Assembly: GCF_006345805.1 (NCBI RefSeq)
Contig: NW_021835945.1
Coordinates: forward strand, 1 to 39,870
From: Octopus sinensis
Taxonomy: Eukaryota
Length of the DNA: 39,870 nt
Reading direction: 5' to 3'
Part shown: positions 37,910 through 39,870 of the stretch, one piece after another
How positions within the stretch are numbered: the first letter of the stretch is position 1
Layout of the letters: each line of letters opens with the position of its first letter
Position numbers and translations under genes: made by a program
Notes under the pieces: model-generated
Told to the model about the DNA's origin: nothing
Database searches by the model: none
Seen by the model: the letters and a program-made list of their open reading frames with translations, nothing else

Positions 37910-38476
37910 AAATACAAACATATATATATATATATATGTATATGTATATCTATATATATATATAAAGACATACATACACACATACATACATACCTACATA
38001 CATACATACATACATAATACATACACATATATATAATATAATATATATATATAATATCTTATATGTGTATATCTATTTTTATAAATATATATATAAATAT
38101 ATAAATACACACATATATGTATATATGCATCTCTATTTATATAAATATATAAATACATACATACATTTACATGTATGTATGTATGCATGTATGTATGTAT
38201 GTATGTATGTATGTATGTATGTATGTATGTATGCATGCATGCATGCATGTATGTATGTATGTCTATTTATATAAATATATAAATACATACATACATTTAC
38301 ATGTATGTATGTATGTATGCATGTATGTATGTATGTATGTATGTATGTATGTATGTATGCATGCATGCATGCATGTATGTATGTATGTATGTGTGTGTGT
38401 GTGTGTATGTATGTGTGTGTGTATGTATGTATGTATGTATGTATGTATGTATGTATGTATGTATGTATGTATGTAT
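37910..38476. repeat. (TA)/(CATA)/(TATG) arrays including a 130-bp tandem duplication
   Basis: Directly visible; duplicated units at about 38132-38261 and 38262-38391. Confidence 0.92.
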
Positions 38477-38987
38477 ACAATATCACCAACGCCTTTTAAA
38501 GCAATAAATCAGGTTTTCACAAGCGCGCATGTGTGAATCGATGTTTTCCATAATCGATAAGATCACCAGACCATGAATCAAAGAACCGGGGGATCGTGTC
38601 GGCTCCGTTACACAGCACCGTCTCTGTGTTGGTAGACAATACACCGAGAATATGACTCATACATACCATTATGTGCTTATAATTCACTGTACTGTTTCCA
38701 TGATCGGAGCACTCAACGGTCAACAGTCCAGTCTATCTAGCTGTAAGTAGGTACCACAGTGAAGTACAGTTCCACAAGGCACTTAAGTATTTATTTTCCC
38801 CTTTCCCTAGTTGTAAGCTGGTGGTATATTTAACTGTACTGGGAACTAAGCCTATCTGTTAACGGCCAAGTCAACCTATCTTATATAATAATAATAAAAA
38901 AGCATCTGCGCAAATGTGCGAGAATTAAGCGAAAAATGTTTCTAAGATCATGAAGCAGCAGAATAGGATGAAATTTATTTAGAGCTA

Positions 38988-39870
38988 TTAGGTTGTCAAG
39001 AAAGTTCTGGCGGAATTTTTAATTATGTATTTTCAAATTAATTTTCGCTAAATTACTTTGACTTTATTTATCATTTTAAAACCCGTTTTTCGCTCTATCT
39101 AATAGTGTTAGTCTTTTTCTTTTTGAATAATTCGCCATTTTTTCCGGAACGTTGAATACAACATCGACAAAATACAACATCAACATCGACAAAAAGCAAA
39201 TTTGTACAATTTTCTTATTCCACCAGTTCAAGTTAGGCCGTTTGTTGCTGGAACCTCCAATGAACGTACAGCACAATGGTGGTTCAAGAAATTTCGTAGT
39301 GGTGACTAGAGTCTTGAAGATGATAAGGCGTAATGGGTCGCCATCGGATGTTGACAACGATCAACAAAGAGCCTTAGTCGAAGCCACTCCACGCACAACT
39401 GTTCGAGAGCTTGGCTTCTGAATTAGACGTAACGTATACGACAATTCCACCACTTGAAAGAGATTGGAAAAACAAAAGATACTTAAGAAATGGCTGCCGC
39501 ACGAATTGAACGACCTCCCCCCCCCAAAATGCCGTTTTGAAGTGTCGTCTTCCCTTCTTTTACGCAACAGAGCGACCCGTTTCTCGACGGATTGTGACTT
39601 GTGATGAAAGTGGATTCTGTACGACAACCAGCGGCGCTCAGCTCAGTGGTTGGACACCGAGGAAGCTCCACGGCACTTCCCAAAGCCAAAGGTGCACCAA
39701 AAGAAGGTCATGGTGACTGTTTGATGCTCTGCGACCGGTCTCATCCATCACAAGTTTTTGGATCCAGGCGAAACCATTACGGCGGAGAAGTACTGTCATC
39801 AAGTGATGAAATGGCATAAGAAACTCCGACAACAGGCAGCCAATGGTCAATAATAAAAGGAATATATGTA
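38988..39870 (+). mobile_element. Mariner transposon with decayed transposase, truncated by the window end
   Basis: TA then TIR TTAGGTTGTCAAGAAAGTTCTGGCGG. Frameshifted motifs WFKKFRSGD*SLED, LVEATPRTTVREL, KKWLPHEL (WVPHEL), IVTCDE-K/SGFC-YDN-like first catalytic Asp region, PKPKVHQKKVMVTV, GETITAEKYC. Confidence 0.92.

Overview
This is gene-poor, AT-rich eukaryotic DNA dominated by microsatellites and decayed transposable elements. The repeat families look like those of an octopus or other coleoid cephalopod (inference from recalled repeat sequences, not verified). I cannot support any host exon: nearly all supplied ORFs are read-throughs of simple repeats, and the few with real protein motifs are transposon remnants. 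Elements found are five SINE or SINE-like families (A, B, C, D, E) plus one low-confidence repeat (F), two mariner families (MITE-like deletion derivatives and a decayed transposase copy cut by the window end), a Chapaev3-type (Transib/RAG1-related) transposase remnant, three RTE-type LINE fragments, an L1/Tx1-like fragment and the 3' end of an R4/Dong element inside a large (TAA)n array. The most interesting signal is family D. It joins a tRNA-derived Pol III head, an (AAT)n spacer and a 3' module whose consensus, rebuilt from three copies, folds as a minimal type I hammerhead ribozyme of the kind found in Penelope-like elements. Its copies show a 13-bp TSD, an inverted-plus-tandem cluster, and a 63-bp piece of flanking DNA copied between loci 13.35 kb apart. 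Two unrelated minimal-hammerhead motifs (24.85 kb, 37.55 kb) have the same architecture. All alignments were done by eye. Irregular microsatellites suggest long-read indel noise, so some frameshifts may be assembly errors.
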